A stretch of DNA of 64,000 nt from Planctomycetota bacterium (GTDB lineage Bacteria > Planctomycetota > PLA2 > JAEUHO01), in NCBI GenBank assembly GCA_965223505.1, contig CBDCWP010000039.1, forward strand, positions 128,001-192,000, in the 5' to 3' direction. Below are positions 49,103-58,590 of the stretch, one piece after another. The notes under the pieces are model-generated. The model saw nothing but the letters and a program-made list of their open reading frames with translations. It did not search any database and was not told the DNA's origin. The first letter of the stretch is position 1, and the number at the start of each line of letters is the position of its first letter. Both the position numbers and the translations under genes were made by a program.

Positions 49103-49798
49103 ATGCAACCCATGAGTTCCGACGTTTCCAAGAGTGGCATGAGCCCGCCTGCGACCCTCCGCCCCAACGAACGCCTTACAGACGACGACCTCATGGTCCG
49201 TTGCGGCACCGGTGACACCGCGGCGCTCGCCGAGCTGATGGGACGCCACCAGGACGCCGCCTACCGCTATGCGTGGCGCATCTTTCGCAACCACCACACC
49301 GCGGAGGACGTGACACAGGAGTTCTTCGTCAAGCTCTTCCGGTACGCCGGCCGCTATCAGCCGCGCGGCCACTTCACGACCTACTTCTACCGCGTGTTGG
49401 CGAACCTGTGCTTCGACAACCTGCGCAAGCGCAAGCGGCGCAGCAAGGTCGAGTCGATCCAGATGGATCCGATCGCCTGCGAGGGCACCGAGCTCGAGCC
49501 GCTCGCCCGCGACGTCGATCCGGAGACCCCGCTTCGCCGCGAAGAGGCGAAGGACGCCGTCCACGAGGCGCTTTCGTCGCTGCCCGTTCAGGTGCGCAAG
49601 GCGCTGGAGCTACGCGAGTTCGAGGGGCTGCGCTACCGCGAGATCGCGGAGGTGATGGACCTCTCGCTCAACGAGGTGAAGGTGCTCCTGCACCGCGGCC
49701 GCAAGCTGTTGGCGCGCACGTTGGCGCGCACGCCCGTCGGCCGCGACTGGGTGCGCTACTACAACCGCAGGAACGACGGCAGGGGAGGTGCGCGATGA
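49103..49798 (+). CDS. ECF RNA polymerase sigma factor
   Basis: AEDVTQEFF, F.TYFYRVLANLC.D, LREFEGLRYREIAEVM..VKVLLHRGR. Confidence 0.9.
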   Translation: MQPMSSDVSKSGMSPPATLRPNERLTDDDLMVRCGTGDTAALAELMGRHQDAAYRYAWRIFRNHHTAEDVTQEFFVKLFRYAGRYQPRGHFTTYFYRVLANLCFDNLRKRKRRSKVESIQMDPIACEGTELEPLARDVDPETPLRREEAKDAVHEALSSLPVQVRKALELREFEGLRYREIAEVMDLSLNEVKVLLHRGRKLLARTLARTPVGRDWVRYYNRRNDGRGGAR

Positions 49799-51651
49799 GT
49801 CACCGCGATTCCCCCCGCATGAAGGACGACGCGCTGCTCAAGGCCGTTCACAGCTACGTCGACCGCGAGCTCGGACCGGCCGAGACCGAGGCGCTCGAGA
49901 AGGCGATGGCCGCATCGCCGAAGCTGCAGGCCGAGCGCCGCACGGTCGAGGGGCTCTCCGCCGCGCTGAAGCGCTGGGACGCCGAGTCCAACGAGCACGT
50001 GGCGCCGCGCTCGCGCATTCAGAACGCGGTCCTGGCGCGCGTGGCTCACGAGGCCGGGACGCGCAGGCGCGAGCATCGCATGCGGCGCTTCCGCACCGTC
50101 GCCATCGCCGCGTCGGTGCTGCTCGCGTTCGGTCTGGCGATCTTCTTCGGCGCGAACGTCGACCCGAACGCCGCGGACGGCGTCGAGGTCGCGCTCGAGC
50201 CCCTCGTGTTCGACGGCACCGCCGAGGACATCGGCGTCACGAAGCTCGCGTCCGATCGCTCGGGCCTCCCGGGGCTCGTGCCGAAGAGCGAGAAGCCGCT
50301 CGACGGATTCGAGCTTGCGGAGAAGGTGCGCGTGCGGGTGCGCCACGTCGACGGCGACTCGATTGCCGAGTTCGAGGTGCTGCGCCGGGTGCGCGACGAC
50401 TACGAGCGCGGGCTGGGCGAGACCGGCGTGCTGATGCCCGACTATCTGGGACGGAAGCTCGACCGGATCGTCTCGCCGTCGGTGCTGCGCTATCTGTTCG
50501 AAAGCGGCATCATCTATCGGTGGATGGAGAACAGCGGGACCTTGCCGGCGAGTGCGGCATCGGCCACCGCTGCCCCCGAGACGGGGACGCTCTCCGATCT
50601 CACGATCGCGACCGCGCTCACGCCGGTGCCGGGGCTGCTGAACGACATCAGCCCCTTGAAGGTGACGCCGCCGCTGGTCGCACGTCCGGTGCGCGACGGC
50701 CGTGGAGAGACCGTCACCATCATCAAGGGACTGCCGATCCACCGCTCGAAGGCGGGCCCGATCCGCCTGCTCACGAGCGACGGCGAGCCGACCCGCGCGG
50801 TCGACCCGATCGCGGCGCAGAACAACGGTTGGCTGCGCTTCGAGGAGATCGCGCACACGCCGAACGCCATCGTGGCGTTCGTGCGCGATTCGCAGCGTCC
50901 GATCTACATCCCCGCCGGGCAGATCCTGACCGGTGGCGTCACGGATCGGGTCGTCGCGAAGGCCGTCTGGCTGTCGCCCGACGAGGAGCGCACGACGATC
51001 GAGTGTCGCGTGGTTCGCGAGGGGGCGCCGAGGGCCGCGGGCCGGCCGGTGCTGACCGAGTGGATCGCCGGTCCGACACTTCGCGCGCTGCTCTACCGCA
51101 ACGCACCGGAGGACGAGTTCCGCGCATGCGTCGCCGGTCAGGTGCACGGTCTCGGCGACGAATGGTCGCTGCTCGACGTGTACGAGAAGCGCAAGTGGAG
51201 GTCCCGGGGCCGCGAGCTCAAGCTGGGGCCCGCCATCTTCGCCGAGGTGCGTGCGAGCATGCGTCGTGTCGGCGGCAAGTCCGGTCTCGCCGGTTTCGCC
51301 GTCGTCGGCGAAGGCGACCGGGTGCTCGGCATCGAGAAGACGCGCATCCACGGCGAGGCGGCATTGCTGCTGTTGGCGCGTCTGTACGTCGGATACGAGA
51401 CGGAGGCGTGGGAGCGCTTCAACAACGAGTCCTACGTCGCCAAGCCGTCGGACGAGATCAGCACGGCGTTCAAGCACTTCCGCGGCCACACCAAGCGGTT
51501 CGTCCTGCAGCAGCGGGATCCGTCCAGCAACGTCCGCGTGTCGGGTCTCGCGGACGAGAAGACCGGCATCCGCTTCCACGCGGTCGAGGTCGACGACGAG
51601 GTGGTCGCGGTGAGCGCGGTCGCCGAAGCGTTGCCGCACTCGAATCGGTAG
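49795..51651 (+). CDS. Putative anti-sigma factor with TM and C-terminal ARPP-1/DUF6569-like domain
   Basis: ATGA overlap; SYVDREL..LE anti-sigma-like N-terminus; AIAASVLL TM; PIYIPAGQILTGGVTDRVV resembles ARPP-1. Confidence 0.65.
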   Translation: MSHRDSPRMKDDALLKAVHSYVDRELGPAETEALEKAMAASPKLQAERRTVEGLSAALKRWDAESNEHVAPRSRIQNAVLARVAHEAGTRRREHRMRRFRTVAIAASVLLAFGLAIFFGANVDPNAADGVEVALEPLVFDGTAEDIGVTKLASDRSGLPGLVPKSEKPLDGFELAEKVRVRVRHVDGDSIAEFEVLRRVRDDYERGLGETGVLMPDYLGRKLDRIVSPSVLRYLFESGIIYRWMENSGTLPASAASATAAPETGTLSDLTIATALTPVPGLLNDISPLKVTPPLVARPVRDGRGETVTIIKGLPIHRSKAGPIRLLTSDGEPTRAVDPIAAQNNGWLRFEEIAHTPNAIVAFVRDSQRPIYIPAGQILTGGVTDRVVAKAVWLSPDEERTTIECRVVREGAPRAAGRPVLTEWIAGPTLRALLYRNAPEDEFRACVAGQVHGLGDEWSLLDVYEKRKWRSRGRELKLGPAIFAEVRASMRRVGGKSGLAGFAVVGEGDRVLGIEKTRIHGEAALLLLARLYVGYETEAWERFNNESYVAKPSDEISTAFKHFRGHTKRFVLQQRDPSSNVRVSGLADEKTGIRFHAVEVDDEVVAVSAVAEALPHSNR

Positions 51652-51662
51652 CGCGCCCGCCG

Positions 51663-52052
51663 TCAGAGAACGGCGCGGCTGATCTCGCGGTTGGCGTCGT
51701 CGTACGCGAACACCGTGGCCGAGGTTTCCGTCGCGTCGACGATCATCTGCGCGATGCCCTCGCAGATGCGGCGGGCGGTCTTCTGCTCGGTGTTCTGGTC
51801 CACGAGGATGTTGAGCCGGTAGCGCTGCTCGTTCGGGCGCCACGCGATGTCGCCCTGCACGCCCAGGAAGTCCACCTCCGCGTCGAAGCGCGAGATGATG
51901 GCCTCGCGCAGCTGCTCGCGCACGTCCTGGGTGAGCAGGTCCTTCTTCTCGCTCTGGAAGAAGTGGCGATTCTCGTACGCGAACCACGCGACGGCGCACA
52001 CCACCACGAACATGGCGAAGGACTTGGCGGGATGGCGCACGCGACTCGACAT
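51663..52052 (-). CDS. Hypothetical membrane-anchored protein
   Basis: N-terminal TM; GGAG RBS; GC3-rich codons. Confidence 0.6.
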   Translation of the reverse strand: MSSRVRHPAKSFAMFVVVCAVAWFAYENRHFFQSEKKDLLTQDVREQLREAIISRFDAEVDFLGVQGDIAWRPNEQRYRLNILVDQNTEQKTARRICEGIAQMIVDATETSATVFAYDDANREISRAVL

Positions 52053-52147
52053 CTGGGGGACTCCGTGCCTTCCCTTTCGGCGTTATCTCCCACCCGACTT
52101 GAATCGGAACAAAACGCGTACAGCAGGTCCGGGTAGGCTGAGGGTCC

Positions 52148-52540
52148 GTGCCGCTCAAACCGCGCCCCAGCCCCGATCGTTCGCCCCCGCAGGGCGTTCC
52201 TCGCTGGCTCTGGCCGCCGCCCGGCGCCACGGTGCGCGGCGTCGGCATCCGCGAGCGGATCGGCGCGGACGGCGAGGTCGTCTACCGCGTCGAGGGCGAG
52301 CCGCCCGAGCGACTCCACCTGCGCGCGCTGCAGTGGCTGCTCGACGAGCACACCCGCGCGAGCCCGCCCGAGGGGGGGTGTCCCTTCGAGGGTGAGATCT
52401 TGCTCGAGATCGCTCGCACCGAGATGCCCAACGGCAAGGTCGGACACGCGTACGCCCTCAACGCGGGCCCGCTGGGCGCGCCGTCGGCCGATGCGGCGCG
52501 GGGGATTCTCTGGCGCTACATCGACGCCCACACCACCTAG
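52148..52540 (+). CDS. Hypothetical protein
   Basis: 130-aa ORF with GC3-rich codons and GAGGG upstream. Confidence 0.5.
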   Translation: MPLKPRPSPDRSPPQGVPRWLWPPPGATVRGVGIRERIGADGEVVYRVEGEPPERLHLRALQWLLDEHTRASPPEGGCPFEGEILLEIARTEMPNGKVGHAYALNAGPLGAPSADAARGILWRYIDAHTT

Positions 52541-52625
52541 CGGGCGCCGCCCCCGGATCTGCCTTCCCCGAGGGACGCGAGGGCGGTACCTTCCCGCCTC
52601 GGCGCACTTGGGAGGGTGACGAAAG

Positions 52626-53120
52626 GTGAGTTTCCTCGTCACTTGGGTCGTCCTCGCAGGGTTCTGGTGGGGGCTCTCCGGCAAGGCCGACGCGACCCAC
52701 CTCGTCTTCGGGGCGGTCAGCGTGACGCTCGTGAGCGCCCTCTCACACCGCCATCTCACGGCCAACGCCACCGTGCGATTGGGCCTGGCCCGCACCGTCC
52801 GCACGATCCTGTATCTGCCGTGGCTGTTCTGGCAGATCTTCGTCGCCAACATCGACGTGTTGCTGCGCGTCATCGGCGTTCGCCCGATCGATCCGAAGAT
52901 GATCCGCTTCCGTCCGGAGCTGGACTCCGACTACGGGCTCACGCTGCTCGCCAACAGCATCACGCTCACGCCCGGGACCGTCACCGTCGAGGTCGACAAC
53001 GGCGAGATGATCGTCCACGCGCTCACGCCCGGCGCGGCCGACGGCGTCATGAGCAAGGCCATGGAGGAGCGCGTACACAGGGTCGAAGGTGAAGGCGGCA
53101 ACCGAGAGGACGACGACTGA
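52626..53120 (+). CDS. mrpE: Mrp Na+/H+ antiporter subunit E
   Basis: YLPWLFWQIFVANIDV, LANSITLTPGTVTV. Confidence 0.9.
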   Translation: MSFLVTWVVLAGFWWGLSGKADATHLVFGAVSVTLVSALSHRHLTANATVRLGLARTVRTILYLPWLFWQIFVANIDVLLRVIGVRPIDPKMIRFRPELDSDYGLTLLANSITLTPGTVTVEVDNGEMIVHALTPGAADGVMSKAMEERVHRVEGEGGNREDDD

Positions 53121-53416
53121 TGCCGGACGTCTACGTCGCCACGATCGCCATCGTCCTCGTCGGCGTGCTCATCGTCTTGCATCGCGTCATCACCGGGCCC
53201 ACGCTGCAGGACCGCATCCTCGCCGTCAACGTGATCGGTACGAAGACCATCGTCTTGCTCGCGCTGGTCGGCTTCGTGTACGAGCGGCCCGGGTTCTTCC
53301 TCGACATCGCGCTCGCGTACGCCTTGATCAACTTCGTCGCGACGCTCGCCGTCCTGCGCTACCTCGAGGACCGTGCGCGCCGCAAGCGCACCACGGCCGA
53401 GGAGGAAGCGTCATGA
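53120..53416 (+). CDS. mrpF: Mrp subunit F
   Basis: GPTLQDRILA, DIALAYALINF. Confidence 0.9.
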   Translation: MPDVYVATIAIVLVGVLIVLHRVITGPTLQDRILAVNVIGTKTIVLLALVGFVYERPGFFLDIALAYALINFVATLAVLRYLEDRARRKRTTAEEEAS

Positions 53417-53811
53417 TCCTCCTGGCGTGGGCCGACACGGTCGCGACCGTCCTTCTGTTCGGCGGGGCGTTCTTCATGTTGATGGCGGCCGTCGGCGTCG
53501 TCCGATTCCCCGACTTCTACTCGCGCCTCCACGCCGCGGGCAAGGGCGACACGCTGGGGCAGGGGTTGGTGTTGTCCGGGCTGCTGTTCGTCGCGGGCCT
53601 CGGGCACGACACGTTCAAGCTCCTGCTGATCGCCTTCTTCGTCTTCATTCTCAACGCCACCGCGACGCACGCGCTCGCGCGCGCTGCGTGGCTGGCCGGC
53701 GTCAAGCCTTGGCGCCGCCGGGACGGGCCCGAGGACGACGTCCGGCAGTTCGAGGGCCAGATGACCGCGCGCGACCGCGAGGCCCTGTTCGACGAGGAGG
53801 CCGGTTCATGA
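53413..53811 (+). CDS. mrpG: Mrp subunit G
   Basis: RFPDFYSRLHAAGKGDTLG, ATHALARAA. Confidence 0.9.
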   Translation: MILLAWADTVATVLLFGGAFFMLMAAVGVVRFPDFYSRLHAAGKGDTLGQGLVLSGLLFVAGLGHDTFKLLLIAFFVFILNATATHALARAAWLAGVKPWRRRDGPEDDVRQFEGQMTARDREALFDEEAGS

Positions 53812-54461
53812 TCGAGAGCCTCCTGCTTGCGATTCTCGTCGGGTTGGCGCTGGCGGCCGTGTGGATGCGCGACCTGCTCGGCTCCGCCGCGGTCCTCGGC
53901 GCGTACAGCCTCGTGATGGCGCTCCTCTGGGGCTACATGAACGCGCTCGACGTCGCGTTCACCGAAGCCGCCGTGGGCGCCGGCATCTCGACGGTGCTGA
54001 TGCTCGCCGCCGTCAACCGCATCGGACGGCTCGAGTCCGGGCACAGCGTCGGACCCTTGGTCAAGCCGGCGCTTCGAAGCATTGCCGAGCGCTCGGACGC
54101 GGCGAGGGCGCACCACAACGCGGGCGCCCGCCGCGCCCGCATCTGGGCGTTCCTGATGTGCGCACTGGTCGCTGCGGCGCTCATCTACGGCGCGCGCGAC
54201 ATGCCGAAGATCGGCGATACGAGCTCGCCCGCGAACCGGCCGGGCTCCGTGGCGTCGCACTACCTGGAGAAGTCCGACGAAGAGGTCGGCGCCTACAACA
54301 TCGTCACGTCCGTGCTCGGCGACTACCGCGGGTACGACACGATGGGGGAGACCTGCGTCATCTTCACGGCGGCCCTGTGCGTGCTGCTGCTGCTGAGGCT
54401 GGGCCGGCGCGACGAAGACACCGTCGACGTCGTCGAGGACGGAGGCGACCATGCGGACTAG
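53808..54461 (+). CDS. Mrp B-related subunit (DUF4040 / MrpA C-terminal part)
   Basis: ALDVAFTEAAVGAG, NIVTSVLGDYRGYDTMGE. Confidence 0.85.
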   Translation: MIESLLLAILVGLALAAVWMRDLLGSAAVLGAYSLVMALLWGYMNALDVAFTEAAVGAGISTVLMLAAVNRIGRLESGHSVGPLVKPALRSIAERSDAARAHHNAGARRARIWAFLMCALVAAALIYGARDMPKIGDTSSPANRPGSVASHYLEKSDEEVGAYNIVTSVLGDYRGYDTMGETCVIFTAALCVLLLLRLGRRDEDTVDVVEDGGDHAD

Positions 54462-54936
54462 GAGCGTCGTCGTCCGCTACCTGGCGCTTCGCACCGCGCC
54501 GTTCATCCAGCTGTACGCCCTCTACGTCCTCGGCCACGGCGAGGACGGTCCCGGCGGCGGGTTCCAGGGCGGCGTGATCTTCGCAGCGTCCTTCGTGCTG
54601 ATGGGGTTGGCCTACGGCTGGTCCTTCGGCCGCAAGCAGGCGACCGGTCAGGTCGTCGAGACGCTCGCGCCGGCCGGCGCGCTCATCTACGCGGGCGTCG
54701 GCGCGATCTGCATGGTCGCCGGCGGCGCCTTCCTGCAGTACACGGCCATGCTCGGCACGCCGGCGCAGAAGGCTGTCCACCCGCACCTCGGGCTCATCGC
54801 GATCGAGGCGGGTGTGATGATCACCGTCGCGGCGTCGATGGTCATCCTCTTCTTCGAGATGTCGCGGCCCGGCACCGCCGCGGAGCACGCCGAGAGCGAG
54901 CGCGAAGAGCGCAAAGGGGGGGCGTCCGATGTTTGA
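54451..54936 (+). CDS. mrpB: Mrp subunit B
   Basis: GHGEDGPGGGFQGG, E.GV..TV. Confidence 0.9.
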   Translation: MRTRSVVVRYLALRTAPFIQLYALYVLGHGEDGPGGGFQGGVIFAASFVLMGLAYGWSFGRKQATGQVVETLAPAGALIYAGVGAICMVAGGAFLQYTAMLGTPAQKAVHPHLGLIAIEAGVMITVAASMVILFFEMSRPGTAAEHAESEREERKGGASDV

Positions 54937-55297
54937 CTGGCTCTCCGAGCACTATCACTACGTCATCTACATCCTGTTGATGACCATCGGCGTCTACGCG
55001 GTGCTCTCGAAGGGCAACCTCGTCAAGAAGGTCATCGGGTTGAACCTGCTGCAGACGGCGGTGTTCCTCTTCTACCTCTCGGTCGGCCGCGTCGAAGGCG
55101 GCACCGTCCCCGTCTACTGGCACGGCAAGGACGACGTCACCTACCAGAACCCGGTACCGCACGTGCTCATGCTGACCGCCATCGTCGTCGGCGTCGCCGT
55201 CACGGCCGTCGCGCTGGCGCTGATCGTGCGTATCAAGGAGGCGTACGGCAGCGTCGAAGAGGCCGACATCCTCAGCGCCGACGAGGAGGCCTCCTAA
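54929..55297 (+). CDS. mrpC: Mrp subunit C
   Basis: NLVKKVIGL, NPVPHVLMLTAIVVG. Confidence 0.9.
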   Translation: MFDWLSEHYHYVIYILLMTIGVYAVLSKGNLVKKVIGLNLLQTAVFLFYLSVGRVEGGTVPVYWHGKDDVTYQNPVPHVLMLTAIVVGVAVTAVALALIVRIKEAYGSVEEADILSADEEAS

Positions 55298-55300
55298 GTC

Positions 55301-56791
55301 GTGAGCGCCCAGATGCCCGCCCTCGTCGTGACCGTGCCGCTGCTCGCGGCGCTCGCCCTGCCGCTCATCTCGCGGCTGTGGCGCGGCGCCGGCCCGGTCG
55401 TCGTCGTCGCGTCGCTGGGCTTCGCGTTCTACGGCTCGCTCACGCTGTTGTTCGAGACGGCGAACGGTCCGATTCGCTATGCGATGGGCGCTTGGGTCGC
55501 GCCGATCGGCATCGAGTACGTCGTCGATCGTCTGAATGCAATGATCCTGACGATGGTGTCGGGCGCCGGGTTCCTCGCGGCGATCTGGATGCGGCGCAGC
55601 GTCGCGAAGGAGATCATCGAGCGCGGGCACGGCGCGTACTACGCGGTGTTCCTCCTGTTCGCGACCGGCCTGCTCGGCATCACGATCACCGGCGACGTCT
55701 TCAACCTGTACGTCTTCCTCGAGATCGCGTCGATCACGTCCTACGTCCTCATCGCCATGGGCCGGAAACGCCAGGCGCTCTATGCGGGCTTCAGCTACCT
55801 GATCCTCGGCAGCCTCGGCGCGACCTTCATCCTGCTCGGCATCGGCCACCTCTACATGGCGACCGGAACGCTGGCGATGGCGGATCTCGCGGTCAAGTTG
55901 CCCGAGCTGTACGACTCGTCGACCGTTCGAACCGCGTACGCGTTCTTCACGATCGGTCTCGCCATCAAGATGGCGCTGTTCCCGCTGCATGCATGGCAGC
56001 CGGCCGCGTACACCCACGCCCCGTCGGGCGCGAGCGTGTTCCTGGCGGCGACGGCCACCAAGGTGTCCGCGTACGTCTTCTACCGCATCACGTTCACGGT
56101 CTTCGGCGGCGAGTTCGTCGACGTCGCGCTGCCCGTTGTCCAGGACGGCGTCCTCATCATGTGCGTCGGCGCGATCGTCGTCGGGCCGCTGATCGCCGTG
56201 AAGCAGAACAACCTCAAGCGACTTCTGGCGTATTCGAGCGTGGGCCAGATCGGCTACATCATGCTCGGCGTCGTGCTCTTCACCTGGAGCGACAAGACCG
56301 AGATCGACGGACTGACGGGCGGCATCATCCACTTCTGGAATCACGCCGCCGCCAAGGGGGCGCTCTTCTGTGTCGCCGGCGGGCTCGTGTTCCGCACCGG
56401 CGCCGCGCGTGTGCAGGACCTGGCCGGCATGGGCCGCACGGCGCCGTGGACGAGCGCCGTACTGACGGTCGCGTGCTGCTCGATGATCGGCGTTCCGCTG
56501 ACCGCGGGCTTCCTGAGCAAGTTCTATCTCGCCTCCGGCGCGCTCGAGGCGGACCGCGGGTACGTGGTCGTGGTGCTGCTCATCAGCTCGCTGCTCACGG
56601 CCGTGTACTCATGGCGGTTGTTGCAGCTGGTTTGGTTCGCGCCGAAGGACGCGGACCCCAAGGTGCGCGAAGACGTGCCGTGGTCCATGCGCCTGCCGGC
56701 GATCGTGCTGGGCGCAGCGTGTCTGATCTTCGGCGTCTACACGGCGCACATCGACATTGCCGTCGAGGCGGCGGAGGGGTTGCTCAAGTAG
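55301..56791 (+). CDS. mrpD: Mrp subunit D, copy 1
   Basis: GDVFNLYVFLEI, KMALFPLHAWQP.AY, KRLLAYSS, GF.SK. Confidence 0.9.
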   Translation: MSAQMPALVVTVPLLAALALPLISRLWRGAGPVVVVASLGFAFYGSLTLLFETANGPIRYAMGAWVAPIGIEYVVDRLNAMILTMVSGAGFLAAIWMRRSVAKEIIERGHGAYYAVFLLFATGLLGITITGDVFNLYVFLEIASITSYVLIAMGRKRQALYAGFSYLILGSLGATFILLGIGHLYMATGTLAMADLAVKLPELYDSSTVRTAYAFFTIGLAIKMALFPLHAWQPAAYTHAPSGASVFLAATATKVSAYVFYRITFTVFGGEFVDVALPVVQDGVLIMCVGAIVVGPLIAVKQNNLKRLLAYSSVGQIGYIMLGVVLFTWSDKTEIDGLTGGIIHFWNHAAAKGALFCVAGGLVFRTGAARVQDLAGMGRTAPWTSAVLTVACCSMIGVPLTAGFLSKFYLASGALEADRGYVVVVLLISSLLTAVYSWRLLQLVWFAPKDADPKVREDVPWSMRLPAIVLGAACLIFGVYTAHIDIAVEAAEGLLK

Positions 56792-58291
56792 ATGCTCGCC
56801 CTCGTCGAAACCCTCCGCACGCACACACCGCTCTGGTGCATCGGTGTTTGCCTGCTCGCCGTGGCGGGCATCGTGGCGGCGCGTCGAAAGCCCAACGTGC
56901 GCGAGGGCGTCAGCCTGATCACGGCCGTCACGAACTTCGTGCTGGTCCTGTGGATCTACAAGCGCCACGACCCGGAGAGCCCGCTCGCCTTCGAGCTCGC
57001 CAACCTGGGCAAGGGGCTGGAGATCGCGTTCCGCGTCGATGAGCTCGGGCTGATCTTCGCACTGGTCGCGTCCAGCCTCTGGATCCTCAACACGCTGTAC
57101 TCGATCGGGTACATGCGCGCGCACGACGAGCACAAGCAGACGCGCTTCTTCTCCTGCTTCGCCATCGCCATCGCCGCGGTGATGGGGGGCGCGTTCGCCT
57201 CCAACCTGTTCACGATGTTCGCGTTCTACGAGATGCTGACCATCTGCACGTACCCGCTGGTGATCCACGCGGAGACGGACACGGCACGCGCGGGCGCGCG
57301 GCGCTATCTCTCGTACCTGCTCGGCGCTTCCATCGGTCTCTTGCTGCCGGCGCTGTTCTTGATCTGGCACATGTTCGGGACGTTCGAATTCACGGCCGGC
57401 GGCATCGCCGCCCCCGAAGGCGGCGACCCGGAGCCGTGGCTGCTCGGCCTGACGTTCGGGCTGTGCGTGTTCGGCATCGCCAAGTGCGCGATCATGCCGT
57501 TCCACTCGTGGCTGCCCGCGGCCATGGTCGCGCCTACGCCGGTGAGCGCGCTGCTGCACGCCGTCGCCGTCGTCAAGATGGGCGTGTTCGGCGTGTGCCG
57601 CATCGTCTTCCACGTGTTCGGGCCCGAGCGCCTCGACCGGCTCGGCGCGAACGACTGGTTGGTCTTCGGCGCGTGCTTCACGATCGTGTGCGCGTCACTG
57701 GTCGCGCTCGCCCAGGACAACCTCAAGCGGCGTCTGGCGTACTCGACCATCAGCCAGCTTTCCTACGTGTTGCTGGGGGCCGCGATGCTGGTGCCGGCGG
57801 CTGCCACCGGCGGCATGGCCCACATCGGCTTTCACGCGTTCTCGAAGATCACGCTTTTCTTCGGCGCGGGCGCGATCTACGTCGCCAGCCACAAGACGCT
57901 TGTCAGCCAGCTCGACGGCCTCGCGCGCAAGATGCCGATCACGATGACCGCGTTCTCGATCGGTGCGCTGTCGATGATCGGGCTGCCGCCCGTCGTGGGG
58001 ATCTGGAGCAAGCTCTATCTCGCCAACGGCGCCGCCGACGGCGGCTACGGATGGGTGCTCGGCGTGCTCGTCGTGAGCGCGCTGCTCAACGCCGGCTACT
58101 TCCTGCCGATCATCTGGCGCGCGTTCTTCCGACCGCCCAAGGACGGGGACCTCGACGACGTCAAGGAAGCGCCGTGGCCGTGCGTGGTCGCGCTGAGCGT
58201 GACCGCCGGGTGCTCCGTGCTGATGTTCTTCATGCCCGAGCTGTTCCTCGACCTGGCCGAGGCGGTCGCCGATGCGGGAGGTGCGCGATGA
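56792..58291 (+). CDS. mrpD: Mrp D/A-type antiporter-like subunit, copy 2
   Basis: FYEMLT, PFHSWLPAAMVAPTPVSALLHAVAVVK, KRRLAYSTISQL. Confidence 0.85.
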   Translation: MLALVETLRTHTPLWCIGVCLLAVAGIVAARRKPNVREGVSLITAVTNFVLVLWIYKRHDPESPLAFELANLGKGLEIAFRVDELGLIFALVASSLWILNTLYSIGYMRAHDEHKQTRFFSCFAIAIAAVMGGAFASNLFTMFAFYEMLTICTYPLVIHAETDTARAGARRYLSYLLGASIGLLLPALFLIWHMFGTFEFTAGGIAAPEGGDPEPWLLGLTFGLCVFGIAKCAIMPFHSWLPAAMVAPTPVSALLHAVAVVKMGVFGVCRIVFHVFGPERLDRLGANDWLVFGACFTIVCASLVALAQDNLKRRLAYSTISQLSYVLLGAAMLVPAAATGGMAHIGFHAFSKITLFFGAGAIYVASHKTLVSQLDGLARKMPITMTAFSIGALSMIGLPPVVGIWSKLYLANGAADGGYGWVLGVLVVSALLNAGYFLPIIWRAFFRPPKDGDLDDVKEAPWPCVVALSVTAGCSVLMFFMPELFLDLAEAVADAGGAR

Positions 58292-58590
58292 GCGAGCAAC
58301 AGCTGCCTCCGGAAGCCCTGCCGGACATCCCGATGAAGGCGCCGGACGAGGAACCGGGCTTCTTCCAGAAGCCGAAGAACATCAAGGCGATCATCATCGG
58401 GCTCTTCGTCGTCTGCGGGCTGTTGATCCTGCTCGACGTCGTCAACTACAAGGACCACATCTACTTCAGCCAGGAGAGATGGTTCGGCTTCTACGGGTTC
58501 TACGGATTCGTCGGCTGCGTCTCGCTCGTGCTCGCCGCGAAGGTGCTGCGCAAGATCGTGATGCGCAAGGAGGACTACTATGACGAGTAG
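58288..58590 (+). CDS. Small membrane protein within the mrp operon
   Basis: FGFYGFYGFVGCVSLVLAAK..MRKEDYYD; overlaps both neighbours. Confidence 0.75.
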   Translation: MSEQQLPPEALPDIPMKAPDEEPGFFQKPKNIKAIIIGLFVVCGLLILLDVVNYKDHIYFSQERWFGFYGFYGFVGCVSLVLAAKVLRKIVMRKEDYYDE

